From the NCBI GenBank assembly GCA_963768655.1, contig CAVYIM010000008.1, positions 1 through 64,000 of the forward strand: DNA of 64,000 nucleotides, given 5' to 3'. The DNA is from an uncultured Chloroflexia bacterium (GTDB lineage Bacteria; Chloroflexota; Limnocylindria; Limnocylindrales; CSP1-4). The notes beneath the pieces are model-generated. The model did no database searches. It was given only the letters and a program-made list of their open reading frames with translations, and had not been told where the DNA came from. Made by a program: the position numbers and the translations under genes. Shown piece by piece: positions 39,864-49,791 of the stretch (the first letter of the stretch is position 1; the number at the start of each line of letters is the position of its first letter).

Positions 39864-40892
39864 TCAGGTCCCCGGCGCGAACACCTTCATCGCGTTCGCC
39901 AGGCCCTGCTCGTAGGCGGCGATCAGGCGATCCCACCGCGCGTCCATCTCGGTGTCGATCTCCTGTCGGGATGGGTCCGCGTCGAACCAGGCGACCGTCC
40001 GCCGGATCCCCTCGGCGTATGGCGTCGCAGTGCGGAAGTCGGGCACGAAACGCTTGATCTTGGTGGTGTCGAAGACGGCGCTTCCCGACTTGTCGCCGAG
40101 GAGCGTGCCACTCCATTCCGGCAGGCAGGCCGCGATGAAGTCGGACGCGATGTGGACGAGGCGCGGCTCAACGCCTGCGGCGGCGGCGGTCTGGCGGTAG
40201 ATCTCGTCCCAGGTCAATACCTCGTCCGACATGATGTTGAAGGCATGGCCGATCGCCGCGCGCCGACCCAGCAGGCCGACGAGTGCGACGGCGAAGTCGC
40301 TGTTGTGGGTGATCGTCCAAAGTGCCGTGCCGTCGCCGGGCACGATGATCGGCTTGCCCTGGCGCATCCGCGCGATCGCCGTGAAGGGTCGCTCCCAGCT
40401 ATTCACCGAAAGCGGCACCTGCGTGTCGCCGTAGGTAAGTGACGGTCGGACGATCGTGACCGGGAAGCCGTCCTGGCGGTACGCGCGCATCAGGCGCTCC
40501 TCGCAGGCGATCTTGTTCTGCGAGTAGTCCCAGAACGGATTGGCGAGGGGCGTGTCCTCGCGAATGATCCAGTCGCCGGGCGGCTTGCGGTAGGCGCTTG
40601 CGGAGCTGATGAAGATGAACTGGTCGGCCCGGCCGCGAAAGAGCCGCAGGTCGCGCTCGATGTCCTCGACGGTGAAGGCCAGCCAGTCCACGACCACGTC
40701 GAACCGATGGCCGGCGAGGGCTCGCTCGGTTGCCGCCTCGTCGTGCAGGTCGGCGACGAGCGGCGTTGCGCCACGCGCCCGGTCCGGATTGCTGCCGCGA
40801 TTCAGCAGGAAAAGGTCCACGCCACGGTCCACGGCCAGGCGTGTGCAGGCGCTGCTGATCAGGCCGGTGCCACCGATGAACAAGACCTTCAT
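39864..40892 (-). CDS. NAD-dependent epimerase/dehydratase (extended SDR)
   Basis: LFIGGTGLIS, FISSASAY and YSQNK motifs. Confidence 0.9.
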   Translation of the reverse strand: MKVLFIGGTGLISSACTRLAVDRGVDLFLLNRGSNPDRARGATPLVADLHDEAATERALAGHRFDVVVDWLAFTVEDIERDLRLFRGRADQFIFISSASAYRKPPGDWIIREDTPLANPFWDYSQNKIACEERLMRAYRQDGFPVTIVRPSLTYGDTQVPLSVNSWERPFTAIARMRQGKPIIVPGDGTALWTITHNSDFAVALVGLLGRRAAIGHAFNIMSDEVLTWDEIYRQTAAAAGVEPRLVHIASDFIAACLPEWSGTLLGDKSGSAVFDTTKIKRFVPDFRTATPYAEGIRRTVAWFDADPSRQEIDTEMDARWDRLIAAYEQGLANAMKVFAPGT

Positions 40893-40928
40893 GTGCGGTC
40901 TCCTATGTGGCAGATCGAGGCAGCGCGG

Positions 40929-43067
40929 CTACGCGGCCCGACGGCGCCCGAGGCCCGGCGTCGGGTCCGGGATCGTGGCCGGCGCCGCTGGGGTCAGCGC
41001 GGCCGGGGTCGATGCCGGCGTGCCGGGCGTTGGAGTCGGCTTGGGAGTCTTCGCGCGACCGATCTCCAGAAGCCCGTCCACCTTCCCGTAGTGAGAAACC
41101 CAGACGTCGTGATGGATCACCTTGCCGGTCGAGTCGGTGACGGTGCGGGTCCGCGAGGTGTCGAAACCGGCAGTCGGGTACTCGGCGCGGTTCTCCTGGC
41201 CCGGCTTGAGCGTGGTCACGTACTCCGTGTGGTCGCTGGCCTTCACGATGTTCGCCTTGAACGCTGGGCTGAAAGTGACCGTCCGATCGAGCGGCAGGCT
41301 CCACAGCTGGAACGTGATCGTGCTCTTGGAACCGTAGGTCGTATAGCCCCGGATCACGATCGGGTTCGGCGTGTCGTTGGTCCACTTCAGATCCCAGGTG
41401 TCGCCGCCGCTGGAGAAAACCGTGGCGTCGAGTCCGATAGGGTAGCGGTCGATGTAGTAGAAGTGCGGGTGCCGCTCGTCGATCTCGAGGCCGGCCCGCG
41501 CCGCCGCGTTGAACATGGTCGTCGACGCCGAACAGATGCCGCCGCCCATGGCGCCGGTGTGGTTGCTTCTGCCGTTCTCGATGACGCCGCCCAGCGTATA
41601 GCCGTGGGCCCGGTCAACCGGGCTCACCGCCGCCAGGAAGCTGAACCGCTGGCCGGGGGCCACGATCGTGCCGTTGAGGAGATTGGCCGGGACCCGGATG
41701 TTGGCGCCGAAGCCGTTGGTGATGCCCGGGTAGAAGACGGTCGTCCAGCTGCCTATCACGACATAGTTCGCGAGGCTCTGGGGCGTGATGGTGGGAGAAA
41801 TGGGCTCGGTGACGATGGCCACGCTTGAACCCGGGTTCCCGCCGGAGCCAAGGCTGCCCAGATACGCGACGATGGCCTGCGTCGTCGCGGCGACATCGAT
41901 TCCGGCGCCGTCCTTGCCGTTCTTGACGCCGGTCGGCTTACCCGACTTGTCGAAGACGACAGACGGCTCCACCGGCGTGGTGGCGACGTGCGGCGCGAGC
42001 TCGGACAGAAATGCCTGGATCGGTGCCGGATCTATGGTTGGGCCGTAGCTGCCATCGGGCAGGGTGCCGAAGGAGATCGAGCTGCGGATCGTGGCCTCAT
42101 CGATGGCGTAGGTCGTGGCCGAAGTCGTGGTCTGGCTCGGGCTCGGGCTCTGGCTCTGCGGGTCGGCGTCCCAGGTCAGGTAGACGGCGACGCCCATCCG
42201 ATCGGCCGCGGCGGCTGCGGCCTGGGCGGCGGCGTCGCTGATCCGCGGTTCGAGCGTCACGAGAGCGCCGCCCACCTGGAAAGCGCCAGGCGCGTCCGGC
42301 TGTATCAGGCCGTCGACGATCGCGCTGCAGACGGCATCCTGGTCGATGATGTGTCCCGGCGTCGCCGCCTCGATGCCGAAGCTGCCGTTGTCGACTGCTG
42401 CCTGCGCGTCCTGCGGAGACACCCGGGTCGCGCCGACCAGTTGGCGGACCTGCGTTGCTATGGCCATTGGGTCGACGCGGGCCACGAGCGGGACGGACTC
42501 GCCGTTGATCGCGGATCGGAGCATGAAGACGGCGTCGTCGATCGGATTGCCGGTGTGCCCGATCCGCATAGCCGCGTCGGCCATGAAATCGACGTCGGGC
42601 CCGCGGCCGGCCTGCTGGTACGTAATCGTCGAGACGCCGACCGGTGTCGTGACCGTGATCTCGCCCTGGCCAAGGTAGGCGTAGTCGGTCTGCAGCCTGG
42701 CGACCACCTCGTCTCGGCTGAGGCCCGACACGTCGATTGAACCGACCCGGACGCCCGGGACGACCCGGTTCGAGTACGCATTCTGGGCAGCCAGGGCCGC
42801 CCCCGCGACCAGGATGAGGGTCACGATCAGGGCGATGGCGAACACCAGGACAAGCCTGGCCAGCCCGAGCAGTCGAGCACGGGCCGATGCCCGCCGTGTG
42901 AGGGGGCCGCGCAGGTCGGCTCCGACCCTGGGCCCGACGGCGACCGTGGACCCCGCCGTCGGGGTCGGCTCCCAGCTGATGGGCTCGCGCGAAGCCGGCT
43001 GTTCGGCATGATCACCCGGCGCGGGGCCGAATATCTCGTCGACCAGGTCCAGCTCGTCCGTTGCCAT
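40929..43067 (-). CDS. VanW family protein with peptidoglycan-binding (YoaR-like) region
   Basis: N-terminal TM helix; GGGICSASTTMFNAA, ERHPH..Y..RYPIGLDATV and DLKWTND. Confidence 0.88.
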   Translation of the reverse strand: MATDELDLVDEIFGPAPGDHAEQPASREPISWEPTPTAGSTVAVGPRVGADLRGPLTRRASARARLLGLARLVLVFAIALIVTLILVAGAALAAQNAYSNRVVPGVRVGSIDVSGLSRDEVVARLQTDYAYLGQGEITVTTPVGVSTITYQQAGRGPDVDFMADAAMRIGHTGNPIDDAVFMLRSAINGESVPLVARVDPMAIATQVRQLVGATRVSPQDAQAAVDNGSFGIEAATPGHIIDQDAVCSAIVDGLIQPDAPGAFQVGGALVTLEPRISDAAAQAAAAAADRMGVAVYLTWDADPQSQSPSPSQTTTSATTYAIDEATIRSSISFGTLPDGSYGPTIDPAPIQAFLSELAPHVATTPVEPSVVFDKSGKPTGVKNGKDGAGIDVAATTQAIVAYLGSLGSGGNPGSSVAIVTEPISPTITPQSLANYVVIGSWTTVFYPGITNGFGANIRVPANLLNGTIVAPGQRFSFLAAVSPVDRAHGYTLGGVIENGRSNHTGAMGGGICSASTTMFNAAARAGLEIDERHPHFYYIDRYPIGLDATVFSSGGDTWDLKWTNDTPNPIVIRGYTTYGSKSTITFQLWSLPLDRTVTFSPAFKANIVKASDHTEYVTTLKPGQENRAEYPTAGFDTSRTRTVTDSTGKVIHHDVWVSHYGKVDGLLEIGRAKTPKPTPTPGTPASTPAALTPAAPATIPDPTPGLGRRRAA

Positions 43068-43286
43068 GATCGTTCCCCTCTATCGGTGTCGATCGACCTG
43101 CATCATGAAAGCACAAGACGCGTGAGCAATGTGCACCGGATCCTCATTCCTCGCGGCACGACAGACGCGCCGCCCGAATGACACGTTACGACGCCGGCTC
43201 GTTCATGGCCAGACCGACTTGCTGTTGCGAGCGTCCAACCCGCCTGTGCGCCGGTCCCGTCGCTGCTATTGCCCGGCGGCGCGACC

Positions 43287-44048
43287 TCAGCTCTGCGGCC
43301 CCGCGGCCGTACCGTCCCCACGACCCAGGTCCGCCTCCATGCCATCGAGCATCCGCTGGAGTCCGTACTCGAACTGGGCGTCGTCGTCCATCGCCTTGGG
43401 AGTTGTTTCGGGGACCAGACGGACGAGGTTCGGGTACGCGTCGGCCGGCAGGGAGATCATCATCCCGGCGTACATCGCCTGGAGCTCCTGGACGCTCTTG
43501 CCCGCCGTACCCGGGCCGGTCAACTCGCGAGTGTCCATGACGGCGCTGCCGAGCGCATAGGTCAGGATCGAGGCGAAGGCCAGCGTCAAGCGGTCTCCAT
43601 CGAAGCCACCGGCGCGGAGAACCGACAGCAGGTGCTCCATGCCCCGCAGCGTGCTGGGGCCCAGGCTGATCCGCGCTCCGACCAGGGGCGCCAGATGCCG
43701 GTGCCGCTTGATCACCGTTCGGAACTCGCGAGCCAGGAGCGCGGCCCGCTCTCGCCACGGCTGCTCGGGATCGTCGTCGAGCCGGACTTCCTCGACAAGC
43801 TCGTCCAGCACCAGGTCGATCAGCTGATCCTTGTCCTTGACGTGCCAGTAGAGGGAGGTCGCGCCGGCGCCCATCTCCTGGCCCAGCCGGCGCATCGAAA
43901 AGCTATCCAGACCTTCGGCATCGATGAGCTTGATGGCGGCGGCGACTATCTGGGCCCGGCTCAGCGGCTGCCTGTCCCCGCTCCGATCGCGCACCTCCGG
44001 CCACCAGGCCAGCCCCGCGGGTTTGCCGTCCGATCCCTCGCCAGTCAT
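43287..44048 (-). CDS. TetR family regulator
   Basis: FSMRRLGQEMGAGATSLYWHVKDKDQL; FEYGLQRMLDG. Confidence 0.92.
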   Translation of the reverse strand: MTGEGSDGKPAGLAWWPEVRDRSGDRQPLSRAQIVAAAIKLIDAEGLDSFSMRRLGQEMGAGATSLYWHVKDKDQLIDLVLDELVEEVRLDDDPEQPWRERAALLAREFRTVIKRHRHLAPLVGARISLGPSTLRGMEHLLSVLRAGGFDGDRLTLAFASILTYALGSAVMDTRELTGPGTAGKSVQELQAMYAGMMISLPADAYPNLVRLVPETTPKAMDDDAQFEYGLQRMLDGMEADLGRGDGTAAGPQS

Positions 44049-44102
44049 CCGACCGCTCCTCCGTTACCCACGCAGGCGTGTGGTCGAGATTCTACTGCGG
44101 CT

Positions 44103-44181
44103 CGAACCATGTTCGCCGGCTCGCACAGTGTACTTGACACTCGCACGCCGTGCTAGTAGTGTGGCGCCCGAACACTGTGCG
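44103..44181 (+). promoter_or_regulatory. TetR operators and promoter of the MFS gene
   Basis: CGAACCATGTTCG and three related CGxAC-N3-GT boxes; TTGACA(44134)-17 bp-TAGTGT(44157). Confidence 0.6.
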
Positions 44182-44253
44182 AGTCATGGAGCGGCGTGCG
44201 ACAGCGGCTCTTCGACCGGCAGATCGGCAGCCAAGGCAGAAAGGAGCCCGGCG

Positions 44254-45849
44254 ATGACCCCGCCGCACCATGGTCACCCGCGTCGATGGGCGATCCTCGC
44301 CGTCCTCGTACTGGCCCTGTTCGGCATCGGCATGGACAACACGGTCCTGATGGTTGCCCTGCCCATTCTGTCGAACGATCTGCATGCGGACACCAGCCAG
44401 CTGCAGTGGATGGTCGACGCCTACACGCTCGTCTTCGCGAGCCTGCTGCTCATGTCGGGTGCACTCTCCGATCGGTTCGGCCGGCGGCGGATGCTCGTCC
44501 TGGGGATGAGCCTGTTCGGGTTGGGCTCGGCCCTCACGCCGCTGGTGGGCAGTGCGGACCAGCTCATCGCCCTGCGCTCCTTCATGGGTCTGGGCGCCTC
44601 GCTGGCGATGCCGCCGACGCTCTCGATCATCGCCGACGTCTTCGACGTGAACGAACGACCGAAGGCGATCGCCGTATGGAGCGGGACCGCCGCACTCGCG
44701 ATCGTGGCCGGTCCAATCCTGGCCGGCTTCCTGCTCGAGCACTTCGCCTGGCCGTCCGTCTTCGTGGTCAACGTACCGGTGGTCGTGGTCGGGCTCATCG
44801 CCACTCTCGCCATCATCCCGGAGTCCAAGGCCCCCGGGCACATCCCGATGGACCCGGTCGGCGCCCTGCTCTCGGTCATCGCCCTTGTCGCTCTCACGTA
44901 CGGAATCATCGAGGCGCCTGGCTACGGATGGTCGGACGCGCGCATCGTGGGTGCGCTGCTCGTCGCCGTCCTCTTTGGCGTCCTCTTCGTCGCCTGGGAG
45001 CGCCGCCTGGCCCACCCCATGGTCGAGGTCGGGCTCTTCCGCAACGCCCGCTTCAGCGCCGCCTGCGTCTCGGTCACGCTCTCGTTCTTCGCCCTCAACG
45101 GGGCCCTGTTCATGCTCACTCTGTACCTGCAGCAGGTCAGAGGCCTTTCGCCGCTGGACACGGGCTTTCGCTTCATCGCGATTGCCGCAGGCGTCGTCGT
45201 GGCCTCGCCGATCGCCGCCCGGCTGACCGTTCTCTCCGGTGCCAGGCTCACCACTTCCCTCGGGCTCGCCATCATCGCCGTGGGCCTGGGCCTGGCCGCG
45301 ACGATCGGCGTCTCGACGGGCGATGCGCAGATCCTGGCGATCCTCTTCGTGGCGGCTGCCGGGATCGGCCTGTCGATGACGCCCGCCACGGACGCCATCA
45401 TGGGCGCCGTGCCGCCCGACAAGTTCGGCGTGGGATCGGCCGTCAACGACACCACTCGGGAGCTCGGCGGCGCCCTCGGCGTCGCCATCCTGGGCAGCCT
45501 GTGGCAGGGCTCATACGCGGATCGCGTTGCCGGTGCCGCGGCCGTGCTGCCGCACGACGCGGCCGAGGCGGTTCGCGGCTCGTTCGCCGGGGCGGCCGCC
45601 GTGGCCGCACAGCTCGGCGGGCAACCGGGTGCGGCCCTCCTGGGCGCGGCGAGGACCGCGTTCGTCGCGGCGATGGATTGGACGTGCCTCGTCGGAGTGG
45701 CGTTCGCCGTCGCCGGCCTGGTCGTGGCCGTCCTGTACCTGCCGGCACGTGCGGCAACGGCACCGGCGGCAGGAGCGGCACTCCCGCAGCAAACGGAGAT
45801 CGTGCGATTGGGCAGCTCGAGTGCCGGCGAGGGACGGTTGCTCAGCTAG
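44254..45849 (+). CDS. DHA2 (EmrB/QacA) MFS efflux permease
   Basis: MDNTVLMVALP, LQWMVDAYTL, GALSDRFGRRR and VNDTTRELGGALGVA; RBS AAGGAG. Confidence 0.92.
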   Translation: MTPPHHGHPRRWAILAVLVLALFGIGMDNTVLMVALPILSNDLHADTSQLQWMVDAYTLVFASLLLMSGALSDRFGRRRMLVLGMSLFGLGSALTPLVGSADQLIALRSFMGLGASLAMPPTLSIIADVFDVNERPKAIAVWSGTAALAIVAGPILAGFLLEHFAWPSVFVVNVPVVVVGLIATLAIIPESKAPGHIPMDPVGALLSVIALVALTYGIIEAPGYGWSDARIVGALLVAVLFGVLFVAWERRLAHPMVEVGLFRNARFSAACVSVTLSFFALNGALFMLTLYLQQVRGLSPLDTGFRFIAIAAGVVVASPIAARLTVLSGARLTTSLGLAIIAVGLGLAATIGVSTGDAQILAILFVAAAGIGLSMTPATDAIMGAVPPDKFGVGSAVNDTTRELGGALGVAILGSLWQGSYADRVAGAAAVLPHDAAEAVRGSFAGAAAVAAQLGGQPGAALLGAARTAFVAAMDWTCLVGVAFAVAGLVVAVLYLPARAATAPAAGAALPQQTEIVRLGSSSAGEGRLLS

Positions 45850-46492
45850 CCTCGGCACGCTCGGCACGGCGGCCGTTCGGCTCGATCGGTGCCGCCGGCA
45901 CGTTGAACGCCAGCAGGGCAGGTCGCCGGCCGGTCATCCGGATCTCGGTCAGCGCGCAGTTCCCGATGAGCGGGAACAGCCGCCGGTAGTCGCCCAGCGG
46001 CGACCCGAGCAAGTGGCACAGGGCCAGCCGGATCACCGTCGCGTGCGCCACCACGAGGACGCGGCCATCCGGCTGGGCTCCGGCGATGTCGTCCAGGCAC
46101 GAGGCGAACCGTGCGACGGCCGCGACGGGATCCTCGCCTCCGGGCAGGTGGTTGGCGACGGAGTCGAGGCCGAAGGCGGCGAACGCCGCCGGAAACCGCT
46201 CCTCCATCTCGTGCGAAGTCAATCCCTCGCCGTCGCCGAAGTCCAGCTCCCGGAGCCGGGTATCGACCTGCAGGCGCACGCCCGCCGCGTCGGCGCACGT
46301 TGTCGCGGTCGCGAGCGCCCGACCCAGCGGCGACGACCAGACCGCGGCCAGCCTGGCCGAGGAAGCCCACGCCGCGAGCTGCGCGGCCTGCTCGAGCCCG
46401 CGCGCCGACAACTCAACCTCGGACACCCCCGCGTACCTGTTCTCGGCGTGCCAGAGCGTCTCGCCGTGCCGCACCAGGAAGAGGTGGGTCAT
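45842..46492 (-). CDS. Histidine phosphatase family protein
   Basis: LVRHGET, SSPLGRALATA, LRELDFGDGEG and LVVAH motifs. Confidence 0.9.
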   Translation of the reverse strand: MTHLFLVRHGETLWHAENRYAGVSEVELSARGLEQAAQLAAWASSARLAAVWSSPLGRALATATTCADAAGVRLQVDTRLRELDFGDGEGLTSHEMEERFPAAFAAFGLDSVANHLPGGEDPVAAVARFASCLDDIAGAQPDGRVLVVAHATVIRLALCHLLGSPLGDYRRLFPLIGNCALTEIRMTGRRPALLAFNVPAAPIEPNGRRAERAEAS

Positions 46493-47988
46493 AGCTCGGC
46501 TCGCTCCCGCGCGTGTGCCGCCAGAGCGGTGCCGAGCCAGCCACGACGCTCCAGCTCGTCGGCCAGGCGCACGTACGCCGCCGCGAAACGCTCCCCCGAA
46601 CCCGGGCGCGGGTCGATCGTCACCCGGATCCTCACCATCTCGGCGGCGACGTCGGCAGCATCCCGGCCTACGCTGGCCGCGAGAACCGCCATCCCCAGCG
46701 CGGGCTCCGAGTTCTCCGGAAGGGCGACCGGACGCCCGAGGATGTCGGCCCGGAGCTGGCACCAGTACTCGCTGCGCGTGGCGCCGCCGGTGAGGACGAG
46801 ATCCCCGTCGATCGGGGCGCCCAGGAGGTCCAGATAGTCGTAGCAGAGGCGCTCGACGTAGCCGACGCCCTGCAAGATGGCCGCGAACCGCCCTGCCTCC
46901 GAGCCGTCGCCCCCGAGCTCGAAACCCTGCGCCGCCGGCGCGACGAACGGGAAGCGCTCGCCCGCCGAGACGAGCGGGTAGGCGAGCATCGCGGCCGGTT
47001 CGTGGGCGGACGCGGCGCGACCGAGCTCGTCCAGATCGCGACCGGCGAAGTCCCGGGCGATGAGCCCCGCGCCGGTGCTGGACGCGCCACCGGGGAGCCA
47101 GTCCCCGTTTGGCGCGCGGTGTGAGTAGACCGCACCGAGCGGGTCGTGGATCAGTTCGTGGGCGACGCCCTTGACGACGAGCGTCGTGCCGAGGACCGAA
47201 TTCCAGCAGCCGGGGCGCAGCGCTCCGGCGCCGAGTTGTGCCGCGCAGCCGTCGGTCATGCCCGCGACCACGGGCGTGCCCGGCGGGATGCCGGTCGCGG
47301 CCGCGGCGGCGCGGCTCACCTCTCCGATGACCGTCCCCGAACGAACGAGCTCCGGCAGCAGATCCGCCGGCACGCCGAGGGCTGCCATGACTTCGGCCGG
47401 CCATCGTTCCTCGACGAGATGCGCACCGGTCTTGAGCGCGTTGCTCAGATCGGACGGCACCTCACGACCGGCGAGCCGGCGGTTGACGAAGTCGGACTGA
47501 TGGGCGAGCCTCGCGCCCCGGGGCAGCTGCGGGTACTCCTCGAGCAGCCAGAGGAGTTTCGGCAGGGCCCACGATGGCTGCATCCGGCCATAGCCCAGTT
47601 CGGCCCAGACTCGCTCGCCCGCCCCGTTGACGCGATCGACGAGCCCCGCGGCACGGGTGTCGTCGTACATGAGGCCCTGCGTCAGCGGTGACCCCTTGCG
47701 GTCGACCAGCAAGAGCGTCCCCGAGGTCGCGTCGACCGCGACGCCGTGGACCGCCGCAGCCGACACCGTTTGCATCGCCTCGGACGATGCCGCGGCGATC
47801 GCCCGCCACCACGCCTCCGGGTCCTGCTCGTGCCGAACGCCGGACCTGTGGCTGGTGAGCGGCTGCGTGCCCGCCCCGACGACCTCGCCGCTGGCGGTGA
47901 CGGCCAGGGCGCGCGCGCTCTGCGTGCCGACGTCGAGGCCGAGCCAGACGCCGGATTCGCGCTCGCCGATGGTGCGGTGGGTACTCAC
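46489..47988 (-). CDS. FGGY-family carbohydrate kinase
   Basis: LGLDVGTQSAR, GMTDGCAA and LTGGATRS.YW.Q..AD motifs. Confidence 0.9.
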   Translation of the reverse strand: MSTHRTIGERESGVWLGLDVGTQSARALAVTASGEVVGAGTQPLTSHRSGVRHEQDPEAWWRAIAAASSEAMQTVSAAAVHGVAVDATSGTLLLVDRKGSPLTQGLMYDDTRAAGLVDRVNGAGERVWAELGYGRMQPSWALPKLLWLLEEYPQLPRGARLAHQSDFVNRRLAGREVPSDLSNALKTGAHLVEERWPAEVMAALGVPADLLPELVRSGTVIGEVSRAAAAATGIPPGTPVVAGMTDGCAAQLGAGALRPGCWNSVLGTTLVVKGVAHELIHDPLGAVYSHRAPNGDWLPGGASSTGAGLIARDFAGRDLDELGRAASAHEPAAMLAYPLVSAGERFPFVAPAAQGFELGGDGSEAGRFAAILQGVGYVERLCYDYLDLLGAPIDGDLVLTGGATRSEYWCQLRADILGRPVALPENSEPALGMAVLAASVGRDAADVAAEMVRIRVTIDPRPGSGERFAAAYVRLADELERRGWLGTALAAHARERAEL

Positions 47989-48035
47989 GCTCCGAGTCTA
48001 GCCTGTCGCCCGCGCCACAATGGCGCGGAGCAGGC

Positions 48036-49388
48036 TCAGCTGACGACGATCCCGGACTGGCTGCCCTCGATGGACGCGGCCGCCTTGTCGGTCGCCGTAA
48101 CGGCCCACGTGCCGGCCGTTCTCAACGTGACGTGGAACACGTGAACCCCGTTGTCGGCTTCCGTGAACGTGTAGTCGGCTGGAAGGACCGCCCTGGCATC
48201 TGAACTGGTGAAGTGCACCGTGCCTCGATAGCCGGTTGCGGTGTTGCCGTATGCATCCCTGGCTGTGACCGTGAGCAAGCCCGCGGTTCCGGCCGATTCG
48301 GGGCTACGGAGGCCGGACAGGGCGAGTGTCGAGGCGGCGGCGGGCCGCACGACGATGCCGGTAAGAGACCCGCCTATCCATGGGATCGCCGTATCGGTCG
48401 CGGTGATCGACTGCGTGCCGGCCGACTTCAGCGTCACGTGGAAGATGTGGACTCCCGCGTCAGTCGCCGTGAACGTGTAGTCCGGGGGCAGGACCGCGAC
48501 TCGATCTGTGCTCGTGAAGTGAACAGTGCCGTGGTACCCGGTCACCGTCTCGCCGGACGCATCCGTCACCGTGACCGTGAGGGAGCTCGAACTGCCCGGG
48601 TCTCTGGGCGAGGCCAGGCCGGACATGGTGAGCACCTGGGTGTTGTCCCAGAGCCATTGGCGAGTCGTGAGGCCACTGCTGTGAATGGCGCTGGCCTCGG
48701 CCCGGCCGACGTAGCGATAGTGCCAGGGTTCGTATTTGTAACAGGTCACTGATGGGCTCTTACCCTTGGGGTAGCTCATGATGAAGCCATATTCCCAGGC
48801 GTTCTGGGCCATCCAGGCACCGGCCTTGGTCTTGGCCCAATCGGAGTAGAGCCAGGGAGCGGATCCACCGCGAGAAGTGAAATCGATGGCGGTTCCGAGC
48901 TGGTGCTCTGAATGTCCGGGCCTCGCGGACGCGAGCAGGGCCGTCTTGAGTCCAGCCACTCTGACCCAGTACCTGAACGTGGAGGCCTGGGTCGAGTAGC
49001 TCCGAAATGCGGACGCGATCTGAAGGGGGGCGCCGGCCGCGCTCGCCGCCCGGGCCATGGCAAGCAGATCCGGCTTGACCAGGCTGCGAACTCGGCCGCC
49101 GCCCGGAAGGCCGGTTGAGACGAGGTCGGGCGGGGAGTAGGTCGACGGAAGTCTTCGAGTGGTATCGAGCAGCGTGACGGCCCAGTCGCTGTACGAGCTA
49201 TACACGGTCGGAATGTCCGCATAGGTACAAGCGGGCGGGGCTGCGCTGCTGGCGTCGACCTGGGCCGGGGCGACGATCATGAATGCGAGCGCGCCGCTCG
49301 ATGCGATGACCGTCAGCTCAACCGTGGCAAGCACGCGCCGCAAGAGATGCATGTCGACCCGCCTCTGGAACCTCAACCGCCTTGGCAT
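48036..49388 (-). CDS. M15B (VanY-like) D,D/L,D-carboxypeptidase with two C-terminal Ig-like domains
   Basis: SAFRSY..Q, SARPGHSEHQLGTAID and YEPWHYRYVG; two Y.GTVHFTS.D repeats. Confidence 0.88.
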   Translation of the reverse strand: MPRRLRFQRRVDMHLLRRVLATVELTVIASSGALAFMIVAPAQVDASSAAPPACTYADIPTVYSSYSDWAVTLLDTTRRLPSTYSPPDLVSTGLPGGGRVRSLVKPDLLAMARAASAAGAPLQIASAFRSYSTQASTFRYWVRVAGLKTALLASARPGHSEHQLGTAIDFTSRGGSAPWLYSDWAKTKAGAWMAQNAWEYGFIMSYPKGKSPSVTCYKYEPWHYRYVGRAEASAIHSSGLTTRQWLWDNTQVLTMSGLASPRDPGSSSSLTVTVTDASGETVTGYHGTVHFTSTDRVAVLPPDYTFTATDAGVHIFHVTLKSAGTQSITATDTAIPWIGGSLTGIVVRPAAASTLALSGLRSPESAGTAGLLTVTARDAYGNTATGYRGTVHFTSSDARAVLPADYTFTEADNGVHVFHVTLRTAGTWAVTATDKAAASIEGSQSGIVVS

Positions 49389-49791
49389 CGGTCTACCCTC
49401 TGGCATCGGTCGCCGGCGACGGTTCTGTAGGATCTCGATCGGGCTTGCACCCTACCCAGGGGCGCAGCGGCGAGCATGGCCTAGACGAGCGGAACGCCGA
49501 CCCGTCGGAAGGCCGCCGGCATGCCCGGGCAGGATTTGGCGAGAGGCTCTCCGGCGACGGGTTTCCCGATCGTGAATCGCACCATGAGGGCGTGCTCACC
49601 TGGCTGGCCGGACGGATCTACTCCAACTCGGTCTTGCGCCTTGGGGCGCGAGTTCGCGTCGTCGACGCTCTATTCGGGAAGCAGGGGCGAGGCCCTGCTC
49701 GCCGCCGCCACGTAGTCCGAGGCCCCGGCGCCAGCCGGGGCCTCCGAGCGTCTGCGAGGGTCGAAAGAGCCGAGTAGCGAGCCTCCGCCCG

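Noticed and set aside
40929-49388. Vancomycin-resistance cluster (VanW, VanY-like)
   Set aside because: No vanA/H/X/R/S genes; these families are common housekeeping envelope proteins.
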